Shown here: in pieces, positions 39,850 through 49,117 of the stretch
How the letters are laid out: every line of letters starts with the position of its first letter
Position numbering within the stretch: the stretch's first letter is position 1
Assembly (NCBI GenBank): GCA_051306005.1
Contig: JBPPMJ010000006.1
Location: 8,361 to 72,360 of the forward strand
Source of the DNA: Minisyncoccota bacterium
GTDB taxonomy: Bacteria > Patescibacteriota > Minisyncoccia > Moranbacterales > UBA1568
Reading direction: 5' to 3'
Length of the DNA: 64,000 nt
Notes under the pieces: generated by a model
Told to the model about the DNA's origin: nothing
What the model saw: only the letters and a program-made list of their open reading frames with translations
The model's database searches: none
Made by a program: the position numbers and the translations under genes

Positions 39850-41592
39850 CTATTGCTTGGTACGAATAGCTTGCAAGATGATATCCAGTGCTTTGTCTTG
39901 TGTCTGTACGCCAAATGTTTCTCCATCCCGTTGTTCTAGTGTGACACTTTTTGTTTCAACTTCCTTGTTTCCGATGACGAGTAGGTACGGAACCTTATGT
40001 ATTTTGGCGATGCGAATACGTTTGCCCAGAGATTCATCTTCGGCACTCATTTCTGCACGGATGGCATTTTTTTGTAAAAGTGTGAGTATATCTCTGGCAT
40101 ATGCTCGATGTTGTTCACCGATAGGCAGAATAATTGCCTGAACGGGTGCAAGCCATGCCGGAAAGGCGCCGGCGTAGTGTTCTATGAGAATACCCATAAA
40201 ACGTTCTAAGGAACCAGCAATAGCCCGATGAATGACGACTGGTCTTTCTTTTTCGCCCTGTTCATTGATGAATGTCAAATCAAAACGTTCCGGAAGATTG
40301 AAATCACATTGGATGGTAGCCAGTTGCCATTCGCGCCCAATAGCATCACGAAACATAAAGTCAAGTTTTGGTCCATAAAAAGCCGCTTCACCCTCAATAC
40401 GCTTATAGTGTAATGCATTTTTTTGAGCCACTTGATCCAAAGCATCTTCTGCCTGTTGCCAGAGGGTATCGCTTCCGAGAAACCCTGTCGTATCATGGCC
40501 ACGCACAGAGAGAGATACCCAGTATTGGTCCATGAGATCAAAAGTAGTATAAAATGTTTTGATAACCTGCACGATAGCTGATACCTCATCTTCAATTTGT
40601 GTTGTGCGACAAAAAAGATGCCCATCGTCCTGTGTGATGGCGCGTACACGTGTAAGCCCGCTCAACTGTCCAGATTTCTCATCACGATAGACGGTCGCTG
40701 GTTCAAAATATCGAATCGGCATATCTCGATAGGAGAATTGATTATCCGCAAACAACTGCATATGATGGGGACAGTTCATTGGTTTCATGATAAATTTCTC
40801 TTCTTTCCCCTGAACACGAAACAATTCGTCACCGAATTTTTCTGCATGTCCAGACGTAGTATAGAGGTCTTCTTTGGCGATATGCGGTGTCCATACTTGC
40901 GAATAGCCAATGTGTTGATGTAATTCCCAGAGAAAATCACTGATGCCTTTGCGCACTATCATGCCTTTGGGTTGCATCATAGGTAGCCCAGCACCGACTA
41001 GGGAAGAAAGAGTAAAAAGCCCGAGCTCTTTACCGATTTTTCGGTGATCCCGTTTTTTTGCCTCTGCCTGCTGTGTAAGATGTGTTTGCAATTCTTCGGC
41101 AGTTTCGAAAGCTAAACCATAGATACGCGTAAGCATCGGGCCTGTTTCATTACCACGGAAATATGCACCAGCCACATGTGTGAGTGTAAAAGCCTTATCA
41201 TCCAAGGTGTTGGTGTTGTCAATATGACCGCCTTCACAGAGGTCTATAAATTCACCAGTAGCGTAAAGGCTAATAGGTTTAGCACTCTTTTCCAAATCAT
41301 CGAGAATTGCCATTTTGTAAGGATTGTGTTGAAACAATTCTCGTGCCTCATCTAGAGACACTTCTCGACGTGTGAAGGTGAGGTTTTTACGTATCAATGA
41401 CCGCATTGTCCTTTCCAAATCCTTGAGTGTGTCAGGTGTTGGATTTTTTTCTGGTGAGAAGTCGATGTCATAATAAAACCCGGTCTCAGTAACGGGACCG
41501 ACAGAAAGTTTGGCGGATGCATCATACTGAAGGACGGCACTTGCTAAAATATGAGCCAAAGAATGGCGAATATTATACAGAGATACTTCCAT
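39850..41592 (-). CDS. thrS: threonyl-tRNA synthetase
   Basis: Class II motifs, HRAIAGSLERF, and C-terminal anticodon-binding domain. 580 aa with no N-terminal TGS domain. Confidence 0.9.
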   Translation of the reverse strand: MEVSLYNIRHSLAHILASAVLQYDASAKLSVGPVTETGFYYDIDFSPEKNPTPDTLKDLERTMRSLIRKNLTFTRREVSLDEARELFQHNPYKMAILDDLEKSAKPISLYATGEFIDLCEGGHIDNTNTLDDKAFTLTHVAGAYFRGNETGPMLTRIYGLAFETAEELQTHLTQQAEAKKRDHRKIGKELGLFTLSSLVGAGLPMMQPKGMIVRKGISDFLWELHQHIGYSQVWTPHIAKEDLYTTSGHAEKFGDELFRVQGKEEKFIMKPMNCPHHMQLFADNQFSYRDMPIRYFEPATVYRDEKSGQLSGLTRVRAITQDDGHLFCRTTQIEDEVSAIVQVIKTFYTTFDLMDQYWVSLSVRGHDTTGFLGSDTLWQQAEDALDQVAQKNALHYKRIEGEAAFYGPKLDFMFRDAIGREWQLATIQCDFNLPERFDLTFINEQGEKERPVVIHRAIAGSLERFMGILIEHYAGAFPAWLAPVQAIILPIGEQHRAYARDILTLLQKNAIRAEMSAEDESLGKRIRIAKIHKVPYLLVIGNKEVETKSVTLEQRDGETFGVQTQDKALDIILQAIRTKQ

Positions 41593-41600
41593 AAAAGAAA

Positions 41601-43031
41601 TTATTTTTCAACGGTTTGGATGGAGAAATGTAAATCTTTGAGAAGATCGGCATTGTAGACGTATTCTTTTTCTTTGGTCTTGAGGGTGACGGTTACAGGA
41701 ATAGTGCCGACACCGGATTGTTTTTGAATCAGAAGTTTGTAATCATCCGCTTTTACCGTTTCTGGCAATTCGTATTTGAGGGTTGTACGCACGTCGCTTT
41801 GTCCAATTTCAACGTCTACGAAACCGCCAAAATATGTTTTATTGAAATCTTCGTTGGTAATAACCGCATTGATCATGGAACGTTCGAGAAACTTGGAGCC
41901 TTGTGGGACAAAAGCGCGCAAATACGTATGATAATCACTCGTGCGCCAGTCTCCGCGCGGAGCAGTATTGGTGTACGTATATACGACGGTTCCAATGGGC
42001 TTTTCGCCAGTAAAATCCGCTGTGTATTCCAATGTGCGTTTGATATAAAAATCAGTTTTCAGAGCACCCATATTCGCATCAACGAGCATTAGGTAATCAC
42101 TGTCCACATTCTTATTGACACTGCCATCCCAATGTACACTCTCAACGAGAGCCTGTAAGGAAGGATCTTTGAAGTAGATCATGACATCTTTGTTGCGCAT
42201 TTCGGTTTGAGCAAATGTCGCCAAACGAGGAATATTGGATACTGTGAAAGCGCGTGCCACGATCTCCGTCGCCAATTTTTTCATAATGGCCTTACGATTT
42301 TGTTTCAGTTCTGCCGGGACATCTTCCCCGAGATAAGCTCTCTCTACTCGGTCTTCCAGTTTTTGAGCGCCATCGGTACTTGTGTAAACATTGGTATCAC
42401 CTGGTATTTGAATGGGACCGGTAATTTCTAAAATACGATTAAAAGTCAAAGAGTTAACGCCGATGATACCATCAAATTTTTCACGTCCTCCTGCTAAGTG
42501 ATAGAAGTATTCCGCTTTTTCAGCGTTGGTTGGAAAATCTGGAGAAAAATTGGAATCACGAAAACCCCATTTCTTGAGCTGAAGTTTTCGTAGAAATGGA
42601 TAAGGAGGAGTGATACGCGTTGTGATACGTTGATCAAGAAGGTTAGCATCTTCCACAAAGGTAGAAACCACGGCGCCATTCTTGATTTTGATAATGGCGT
42701 ATTGTCCTAAAAAGCCTCCTCCTGGACGCAATTCATCACTATTCTGCAGGAGAATGAAAAAAGTGCGCGTCACATTATCCTGACGTGTGAATGTCTCCAC
42801 TAACGTATTGGTAACCTCAATTTCTTTTTTTGTATCAGGATCAATAGGAAGAAGCACGGACACCTTTTGAAACAGATTGAGAGAATTGGAGGCAAATTCA
42901 CTAGTATGAGTTTTTGCATAACGAAATGCAAACCATCCTCCTACTATGAGTAAGAGTAGTATGATTACAATGACAAGTCGCTTCTTCTTTTTTAGTTTGA
43001 GCATAAGGAAGAAAAAATAATGTACTTTCAC
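41601..43031 (-). CDS. DUF4012-domain membrane-anchored protein
   Basis: N-terminal TM. ELRPGGGFLGQYAIIKI signature of the DUF4012 family. Confidence 0.55.
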   Translation of the reverse strand: MKVHYFFFLMLKLKKKKRLVIVIILLLLIVGGWFAFRYAKTHTSEFASNSLNLFQKVSVLLPIDPDTKKEIEVTNTLVETFTRQDNVTRTFFILLQNSDELRPGGGFLGQYAIIKIKNGAVVSTFVEDANLLDQRITTRITPPYPFLRKLQLKKWGFRDSNFSPDFPTNAEKAEYFYHLAGGREKFDGIIGVNSLTFNRILEITGPIQIPGDTNVYTSTDGAQKLEDRVERAYLGEDVPAELKQNRKAIMKKLATEIVARAFTVSNIPRLATFAQTEMRNKDVMIYFKDPSLQALVESVHWDGSVNKNVDSDYLMLVDANMGALKTDFYIKRTLEYTADFTGEKPIGTVVYTYTNTAPRGDWRTSDYHTYLRAFVPQGSKFLERSMINAVITNEDFNKTYFGGFVDVEIGQSDVRTTLKYELPETVKADDYKLLIQKQSGVGTIPVTVTLKTKEKEYVYNADLLKDLHFSIQTVEK

Positions 43032-43194
43032 AGTGTATCAGGTAATAAGTGGTTTGAAAAGTCATTGAAATTGCGCTACAATGATTGTGTTAAAATAATG
43101 ATGGGTGATTGTATAGCTGATAAAGGACAACATTATAGAAGCATCAGTCTGAGACGATATAAGTATGATTGCGCCATCGCGTATAAGTGAGACA

Positions 43195-43268
43195 GTGGGT
43201 GTAGTACAATGGTAGTACACGACCTTCCCAAGGTTGAGACGAGGGTTCGATTCCCTTCACCCGCTCCA
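43195..43268 (+). tRNA. tRNA-Gly(CCC), CCA encoded
   Basis: GTGGGTG...CACCCGC-T-CCA. Anticodon loop TTCCCAA. T-arm GAGGG-TTCGATT-CCCTT. Confidence 0.8.
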
Positions 43269-43276
43269 TAATGTGT

Positions 43277-43502
43277 CTATACCGTACCGCTCGAACCTAT
43301 TTTGTCCGCAACGGCTGAATGAAACCATACTAAGGAAGTCAGCTCCGCCACTGCGACCCGCCCAAGCGGGATCGCCACCTCCCAGAAAAACTGCCTTTGC
43401 ATTCCGGATTTTGCGCGCGCCCGATTTTTTCTTTCAAAAAGGAAAAGTCAGTTTTTCTGGGCTGTTCTGCTCTTTGGTGCAGAGCGGCGGGGCTGTTTGC
43501 TG
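43277..43502. repeat. left copy of ~226-bp GC-rich imperfect inverted repeat with internal nested stems
   Basis: About 88% identical to the reverse complement of 50271-50497. Internal stems cccagaaaaactg/cagtttttctggg and cagcYccgcc/ggcggggctg. Confidence 0.75.
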
Positions 43503-43566
43503 TTTTTTACCTTACCACAATATCTAAACTTTAGATATTTGCTTTCTGTATATATGCTGATACTAT

Positions 43567-43788
43567 ATGGACAAGACAATACGAACAAAAGAATACGCTC
43601 GATTTATTGAGAAACTGCGTAAGGCACGGCTTGAGGCAGGATTGAGGCAAATTGATGTTGCCAAGAAAATCAAGCGCCCACAATCTTATATTTCCCGCGT
43701 GGAATCTGGGGAATATCGGTTGGATATTTTGGAAGTCAAGCGGTTCGCCAAGATTTACGGAAAGAGCGTGGATTATTTCGTGAAGTAA
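43567..43788 (+). CDS. XRE-family HTH transcriptional regulator
   Basis: ARFIEKLRKARLEAGLRQIDVAKKIKRPQSYISRVESGE is a Cro/C1 HTH. First gene of the island. Confidence 0.7.
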   Translation: MDKTIRTKEYARFIEKLRKARLEAGLRQIDVAKKIKRPQSYISRVESGEYRLDILEVKRFAKIYGKSVDYFVK

Positions 43789-43793
43789 ACCAT

Positions 43794-44486
43794 ATGAAAA
43801 AATGTTCATTTTGCGCGGAAGAAATTCAAGATGGCGCAGTTAAGTGTAAGCATTGTGGAGAATTTTTAACATATGCAACAAAAACAGAAGAGAATCATGT
43901 TTCAGTAAAAAATGATAATGTAAAAAAGTTTAGAAAAATTTCAATAAACGTCGCAAAATTTGTTCTGCGAGTAACGTTGTTTCTTGTTTTTATAGCCTCT
44001 ATTTTTATAGTCAGTCTTCTTCCAATTGGAGGATATGGTCTTTTGGATAGAGCTACAGCTTTTTTACTGATATCGGTGCCATGGAGCTTGCTGTTGGTGA
44101 TTGAATATTTCAGCATAAGAAAAAAACCTGTAGAAGAAGATTACAAAGGATTGAAAGGAATTGGTGGTTGGTTGGTGTTACCAATCATTGGTATGTTGGT
44201 ATCTGCTGCTACGGTAGTTGAAGGCGCTACTTTGATTGAAGGTGCTTCGCTACTGCTAAAGATTGTTGTTATACTATTTTTTGCGCTCTGGATTGTCTTA
44301 TTGGTCGCTTTCTTCTCTAAAAAGAGGGTAACTCCCGTTCTATTTATTTGTTTTTTGTTTCTAAACTTGTTCATTGAATTACTTGGTTTGCAGGAGGGAG
44401 GCTTTGTTACGGCATCTATACCATTGGTAATATGGTCTATTTATTTTATAAGATCAAAAAGAGTGAGGCTTACATTTATTGAGTGA
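43794..44486 (+). CDS. zinc-ribbon (CxxC...CxxC) polytopic membrane protein
   Basis: CSFCAEE...CKHCGE N-terminal ribbon then about 5 TMs. Start 6 nt after the XRE stop. Confidence 0.55.
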   Translation: MKKCSFCAEEIQDGAVKCKHCGEFLTYATKTEENHVSVKNDNVKKFRKISINVAKFVLRVTLFLVFIASIFIVSLLPIGGYGLLDRATAFLLISVPWSLLLVIEYFSIRKKPVEEDYKGLKGIGGWLVLPIIGMLVSAATVVEGATLIEGASLLLKIVVILFFALWIVLLVAFFSKKRVTPVLFICFLFLNLFIELLGLQEGGFVTASIPLVIWSIYFIRSKRVRLTFIE

Positions 44487-44762
44487 ACAAAAAAATGGTC
44501 AGACTGTTAATTTCTTAGTGAAAAAAGTATGAATATCGTGAAGAAAAAAAGAACATTGATTTGCGATGAAGCTGAGAAAAAGTGGCAGCAAGCGGGACCA
44601 AAGACTAGGATAGTCAGGTTTTTTTGGAATGGGGTTGCATTCAAATCTACCCTTACTCTTTGCAGGGTGCTTGTTGAAAGCGTAGATGGGAGAATAAAGG
44701 TTTGTCGATATCATCGCTGATAAGGTTTTTATTATCTTCTTTGGGTCTAATACCTCGTGGCT

Positions 44763-44805
44763 TGCGAAGATTTACGGAAAGAGCGTGGATTATTTTGTGA
44801 AGTGA
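44763..44805 (+). repeat. 43-bp direct repeat duplicating the 3' end of the XRE gene (43746-43788)
   Basis: 40/43 identical (tgcgaagatttacggaaagagcgtggattattttgtgaagtga). Not part of an intact ORF. Confidence 0.65.
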
Positions 44806-44827
44806 TAGCTTTAAGAAGAATAATTTT

Positions 44828-45316
44828 ATGAAAGAAACGAAAAGCTGGTTACGTTGGATTGCTGTACTTCCTGGGGCTTTAATTTTTGGCATTCTTGCTA
44901 CCTTCCCTTTGCATTGGCTAATCTATTTGGCATTTGCTCATGATGGCGCTACTGTATTTGGGATTGTGGAACTTAACGATGATGATTGGAGATATATTGA
45001 ATATTATCTCTACCCGTTTGTGATTGCGGTTACTTTCATTTATGCAGGTTATAGGATTGCGCCAAAACATAAGTTAAAAACAGCCGTCGCTCTTTTTGTA
45101 ATATACTTCACCGTGTGGCTGATTGCCAGTTATATTTCTCTATCCAAGGGCGATATTTACGGGTCATATTTACACTTCTCAGGAAGAACTATCTTCGCAT
45201 TGATAGGCGCTATTCTTGGAATATATATTGTAAAAAAGATTGACTCGAACGTGACGAGAGGCATTTCCGTAGAGAATTCCCAGGAGCAACACGATGAGAA
45301 TTCTACAGAAAATTAG
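44828..45316 (+). CDS. hypothetical 4-TM membrane protein
   Basis: 162-aa ORF with four hydrophobic segments and an acidic tail. Confidence 0.45.
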   Translation: MKETKSWLRWIAVLPGALIFGILATFPLHWLIYLAFAHDGATVFGIVELNDDDWRYIEYYLYPFVIAVTFIYAGYRIAPKHKLKTAVALFVIYFTVWLIASYISLSKGDIYGSYLHFSGRTIFALIGAILGIYIVKKIDSNVTRGISVENSQEQHDENSTEN

Positions 45317-45352
45317 GAAGGATATTGGTCAGAAATAGAAGAGATATTTGAT

Positions 45353-45820
45353 ATGAATAATGACTTAAGTTCTGAAAATAAAACAGAAGAACAAATAGAA
45401 ATCAATCCAAAAAGGACAGGGAATTTCTGGGAGTATTCGAAAACTATGGATCGAGAAGAAGCTTTGGATGTCTATAATATGTGGTTGTTGCATGTTAGAT
45501 ATTATCACCCTAAATTAGATGTTTTATTTCAAGGTGTGAGTATTCCTACATTTTTTCTTCCTGTTCCAATGGAATTATTGCAAGAAGTACCTAAAATATT
45601 AAAAAAATGCAAAAACGAAGATGGAACTTATGAAAACGAAGAATCTATAGAGAATAACATCGGGAAATATGCACATAGATATTATCCAAGAACTGGAAAT
45701 GACGAAGAAATTATCGATGGGATGGGTAGTGCTATAAACAGCAGACATTCTTTTGAGTTAATGCTTTCAAAGATTAAAAAGAATAAAGATGATTGGTATT
45801 TTGAATACAAAGAAATTTAG
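45353..45820 (+). CDS. hypothetical acidic protein
   Basis: 155 aa. Stop codon abuts the ATG of the next ORF (TAGATG). Confidence 0.45.
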   Translation: MNNDLSSENKTEEQIEINPKRTGNFWEYSKTMDREEALDVYNMWLLHVRYYHPKLDVLFQGVSIPTFFLPVPMELLQEVPKILKKCKNEDGTYENEESIENNIGKYAHRYYPRTGNDEEIIDGMGSAINSRHSFELMLSKIKKNKDDWYFEYKEI

Positions 45821-46141
45821 ATGAAACCAAACAATAAAAACATTTTAACAATTATAACCACAGCTTTTCTTGTTGTAGCTTTATCTGACGGATTGCCTTA
45901 CGGATATTTTACTTTATTGCGATTTATTGTATGTATAGTTGGTGTTTATCTTGCATACAAAATATATGAGGACAATAAAAAATCATTGCTGGTTTGGGTT
46001 TTTGGTTTTATAGCTATTTTGTTTAATCCAATTATTGTTATTCAGTTACAACGAGAGCAATGGTGGGTTATTGATCTCGTTGTTGGAATATTTTTTGTTT
46101 TATCAATTTTTCTAGTTAAGACAAAAATACGTAATGATTAA
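45821..46141 (+). CDS. hypothetical small 3-TM membrane protein
   Basis: 106 aa. Translationally coupled to the upstream ORF. Confidence 0.45.
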   Translation: MKPNNKNILTIITTAFLVVALSDGLPYGYFTLLRFIVCIVGVYLAYKIYEDNKKSLLVWVFGFIAILFNPIIVIQLQREQWWVIDLVVGIFFVLSIFLVKTKIRND

Positions 46142-46175
46142 ATTTTGTGAAGTAAATTAGTAAAATAGTAGGATT

Positions 46176-46703
46176 ATGTTTACATTGATTGCTGTTGTAT
46201 TAGCTGGAGTACTGTACTTTTTTGATCAAAATACAGGTGCGCTTTTAGTAGTTGTTGGAGTTGTTGCGAAGAACCTCGCTCCATTTATTTGTCTTTTGGT
46301 GAGCGCTCCTGGATTTTTTGTAATATTTCCTGACGATTCTAATAAGCGTAGCATGGCTAGATTCATTGTCGGTATAATAATCGCAACGTTTTTACAGGCG
46401 ATTTTATGGTTTTTTTATGTAGTATTTGTAATTAATCTAGTCTTGTCAGTAGGCACGGATGGAAATGTAGCTTTTTTAATCTGGGGTCTTACATTTTTTA
46501 CTATAAGTATTCCATTTTACTTTACTACACGTGAAATCAGAGAACATGCGGAGACAACGGGGCGTGCTGCTGATAACATGGAAGATGCTACGTTTATGAA
46601 ATCATATACAACGGATGATATGAAAAAAATAGAAACGAATCTTTGGTTTGTAAGGATATCATTTTTATTAGCAATTATTCTGGCAGGATTTTATTATCTA
46701 TAA
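46176..46703 (+). CDS. hypothetical polytopic membrane protein
   Basis: 175 aa with about 4 TMs. Confidence 0.45.
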   Translation: MFTLIAVVLAGVLYFFDQNTGALLVVVGVVAKNLAPFICLLVSAPGFFVIFPDDSNKRSMARFIVGIIIATFLQAILWFFYVVFVINLVLSVGTDGNVAFLIWGLTFFTISIPFYFTTREIREHAETTGRAADNMEDATFMKSYTTDDMKKIETNLWFVRISFLLAIILAGFYYL

Positions 46704-46925
46704 TGAATCCAAGCTCTTTTAATTAAGAAAATGTGCCAAATATCGATAACGTATTGAAATCGTCTACAATAATCGGAGTTTTATTAGTGGTACTTTCCTT
46801 TGCTTATTACTTTATAGTAAGACCTATATCTAAAGATGCATCTTTAGATAGTTGTCTTAAAAATGTTAAATGGGCATCCCAGAAAGATGAATGTTATAAG
46901 AGGTACTAATTTCTAGAGTCGAAAA

Positions 46926-47453
46926 ATGGGTCAGGTAAAATATCAAATCCAGTCCGATTTCATGGTGTTATGTGTATATATGGATGAATCAGATCAAATT
47001 AAAGAAGTTTATGCCAGGTTTGGTTTGGCAGTATATTCCGCCCAAGTACTTGAACTCCAAATGATTAATATGATTGTTGCATTAACATTGCCGGAAAGGT
47101 TTCAGATTAAACGAGATACCATTGACAATCTTTTTGATAAGCTTTTTGAAAAAACAATGGGAGGGTTAATGCAAGATTTCAAAAAAAGATTTGAATTAAC
47201 TGAAAAAGAAAATTTGTTATTAGATAAAAGTTTAGAGCAGAGAAACAGATTAGCTCATAGATATTTTCGAGAAAAGGCTGTGGATTTCATGAGTTTTGAA
47301 GGTAGATTAAAAATGATAGATGAGCTTATCATAATCAATGCTCACTTTGAAGAGTTGGATAAGATATTGACATACAGACACAGAGAATATACCAAAAAAT
47401 TTGGAGTTACTGAGGATGTCATAGAAGAAGAAATTAAAAAATTGTTATTATGA
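46926..47453 (+). CDS. hypothetical protein with HEPN-like Rx4H motif
   Basis: LEQRNRLAHRYF (R106-x4-H111) in an alpha-helical, K/E-rich 175-aa protein. Confidence 0.4.
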   Translation: MGQVKYQIQSDFMVLCVYMDESDQIKEVYARFGLAVYSAQVLELQMINMIVALTLPERFQIKRDTIDNLFDKLFEKTMGGLMQDFKKRFELTEKENLLLDKSLEQRNRLAHRYFREKAVDFMSFEGRLKMIDELIIINAHFEELDKILTYRHREYTKKFGVTEDVIEEEIKKLLL

Positions 47454-47644
47454 CTCAGCCCTCTCTATTTGCCCATTCCCGATATTTCCAAGAAATCCCA
47501 GAGCGGCTTGATTTCTCAAAGTTCTAGAGCGATTGTACTATTAACTAGCCATCCTCATCGGAGAAATGGAGAATAAAAATTACGAAGTTTGTTGTTCCCA
47601 AGGCGATAGCAGCCTATTCTGATTGCTATTAAGAAATTTATCTT

Positions 47645-48142
47645 TTGAAAATATATATGGAAAAACAACAAGGTAAAACTTTTTTTAAAGAGAGTTTGAA
47701 TTGGAGCGCTGATCATTTATTCTATATCTTTATTATCGGGGTCATAGGATTTTTACTAATATCTCACATATGGGGGAAAAAAGATCCCGAGGCTTTATTT
47801 GAGGCAACAACCCCATACAAGGCAGATTCGCGGTATTTTATCTATTTATTCCCGGATAGTAATTCGCCAAAAAATTATAGGCTTTCAGCCGATATTCTTA
47901 TAGGAGAGGGACCTGATCGTAACGATATTCAAGTAGAAGATATTTATCTTGAGGATGGGCGTGGCATATATTTTGGATGTGCCGTTCAGCTTAAAACTGA
48001 GAATTTCTGCAAGGATCAAGATGGGAAAGAGTGGATGATTGTTTTGAGTGATTGGGAAAAAGCGAAAACGATAAAAGAGATTCAAGATTCAAAGAAAGAG
48101 GTAGATGATATTGTTAATAGCATAATGAATGAAATTAATTAA
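47645..48142 (+). CDS. hypothetical protein with N-terminal TM
   Basis: 165-aa ORF. LFYIFIIGVIGFLLISHIW. Confidence 0.4.
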   Translation: MKIYMEKQQGKTFFKESLNWSADHLFYIFIIGVIGFLLISHIWGKKDPEALFEATTPYKADSRYFIYLFPDSNSPKNYRLSADILIGEGPDRNDIQVEDIYLEDGRGIYFGCAVQLKTENFCKDQDGKEWMIVLSDWEKAKTIKEIQDSKKEVDDIVNSIMNEIN

Positions 48143-48177
48143 TCACCACCCCAATTTTTCTTTTTGAGAAGAATGGT

Positions 48178-49053
48178 ATGTTTGAAAGAAGTTTGCTCAT
48201 ATTGATTTTGATCTTACAGGCCATATTCTCTGGCTTAGTTTTTGCTGGCAATGAGAGCTCTTTTAACTGGGAATCCCTGTTTTCTTTTTTGCAAATAGCT
48301 GTTGTTGTCTTGGGTTTTTTTTGGGGGTATTATCTCTTAAAGAAAGAAATCTCCTTCAAAAAGAAGTTGGAAATCCATGCGAAACTGACCAATATGCTTG
48401 TCAAAGGATTGCATGAATCTTTCTATTGGTTGGCTCCTTTTTTAATGAATCGCTTTTTTCTAGAAAAAAGTAATCTGAAAGATGGGAATGATTATTCAAC
48501 AAAAAGTCTTAGGGACAACAGTAAGGAGCTTGGTAAAAAAATAAGTGATTTTCAATCCGATTTTCTGAGATTTTACGAATTCTTCCAACTTTGGAAAGTC
48601 ATATTTTCTGAAAAGCTAGATAGGGAATCAAAATTTCTTTTGGATCTGGAAAATATTTTTTGTGAAGAACTTCGCACATATCAAGGGAAACTAATGGATT
48701 ATTCTATGCTGAGTCTTATGAAAGATGAAGCAACCATAGAGAAGGAAAGAAAAGAACTTTTAGACTTGGAAGAAAAGATTTCCAGGAAGAGGACTGCGTT
48801 AGCTAATGGTCTTGACAAATTTGTTTCAGATATGAGTAGAGAAGTTTTTAGTGGGCTATTTGATCGAAAGAAAAGTGTAGAAAGAGGATTGTTTGATCCA
48901 GAATTAGAAAATGCAAACAACGGCGATTCAGCGGTGATTTTGACGGACAAAGGGTTTGTTCGTCAGTCTTACCAGAAGACTGCTTTTCAAAAAGAATTTG
49001 GTGGTTTTAAAGAAAGACAACGAACGCTGAGAGAATTCTTGGAAAAAAATTAA
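48178..49053 (+). CDS. hypothetical membrane-anchored coiled-coil protein
   Basis: 291 aa. Two N-terminal TMs then K/E-rich helical region. Confidence 0.45.
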   Translation: MFERSLLILILILQAIFSGLVFAGNESSFNWESLFSFLQIAVVVLGFFWGYYLLKKEISFKKKLEIHAKLTNMLVKGLHESFYWLAPFLMNRFFLEKSNLKDGNDYSTKSLRDNSKELGKKISDFQSDFLRFYEFFQLWKVIFSEKLDRESKFLLDLENIFCEELRTYQGKLMDYSMLSLMKDEATIEKERKELLDLEEKISRKRTALANGLDKFVSDMSREVFSGLFDRKKSVERGLFDPELENANNGDSAVILTDKGFVRQSYQKTAFQKEFGGFKERQRTLREFLEKN

Positions 49054-49117
49054 CAATAACGAGCGTATTGGTTTGTATAAAACTTTCTTATTGTTTAGCT
49101 GAGTAAAAAGCTATATA

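Noticed and set aside
43234-43527. 97-aa and 77-aa ORFs (43234-43527 plus, 50268-50501 minus) reading through the two inverted-repeat copies
   Set aside because: Both arise only because the repeat is duplicated. The substitutions between copies are mostly non-synonymous with no codon-position bias, and the sequence is dominated by nested stems. I treat them as spurious ORFs over a structured repeat.
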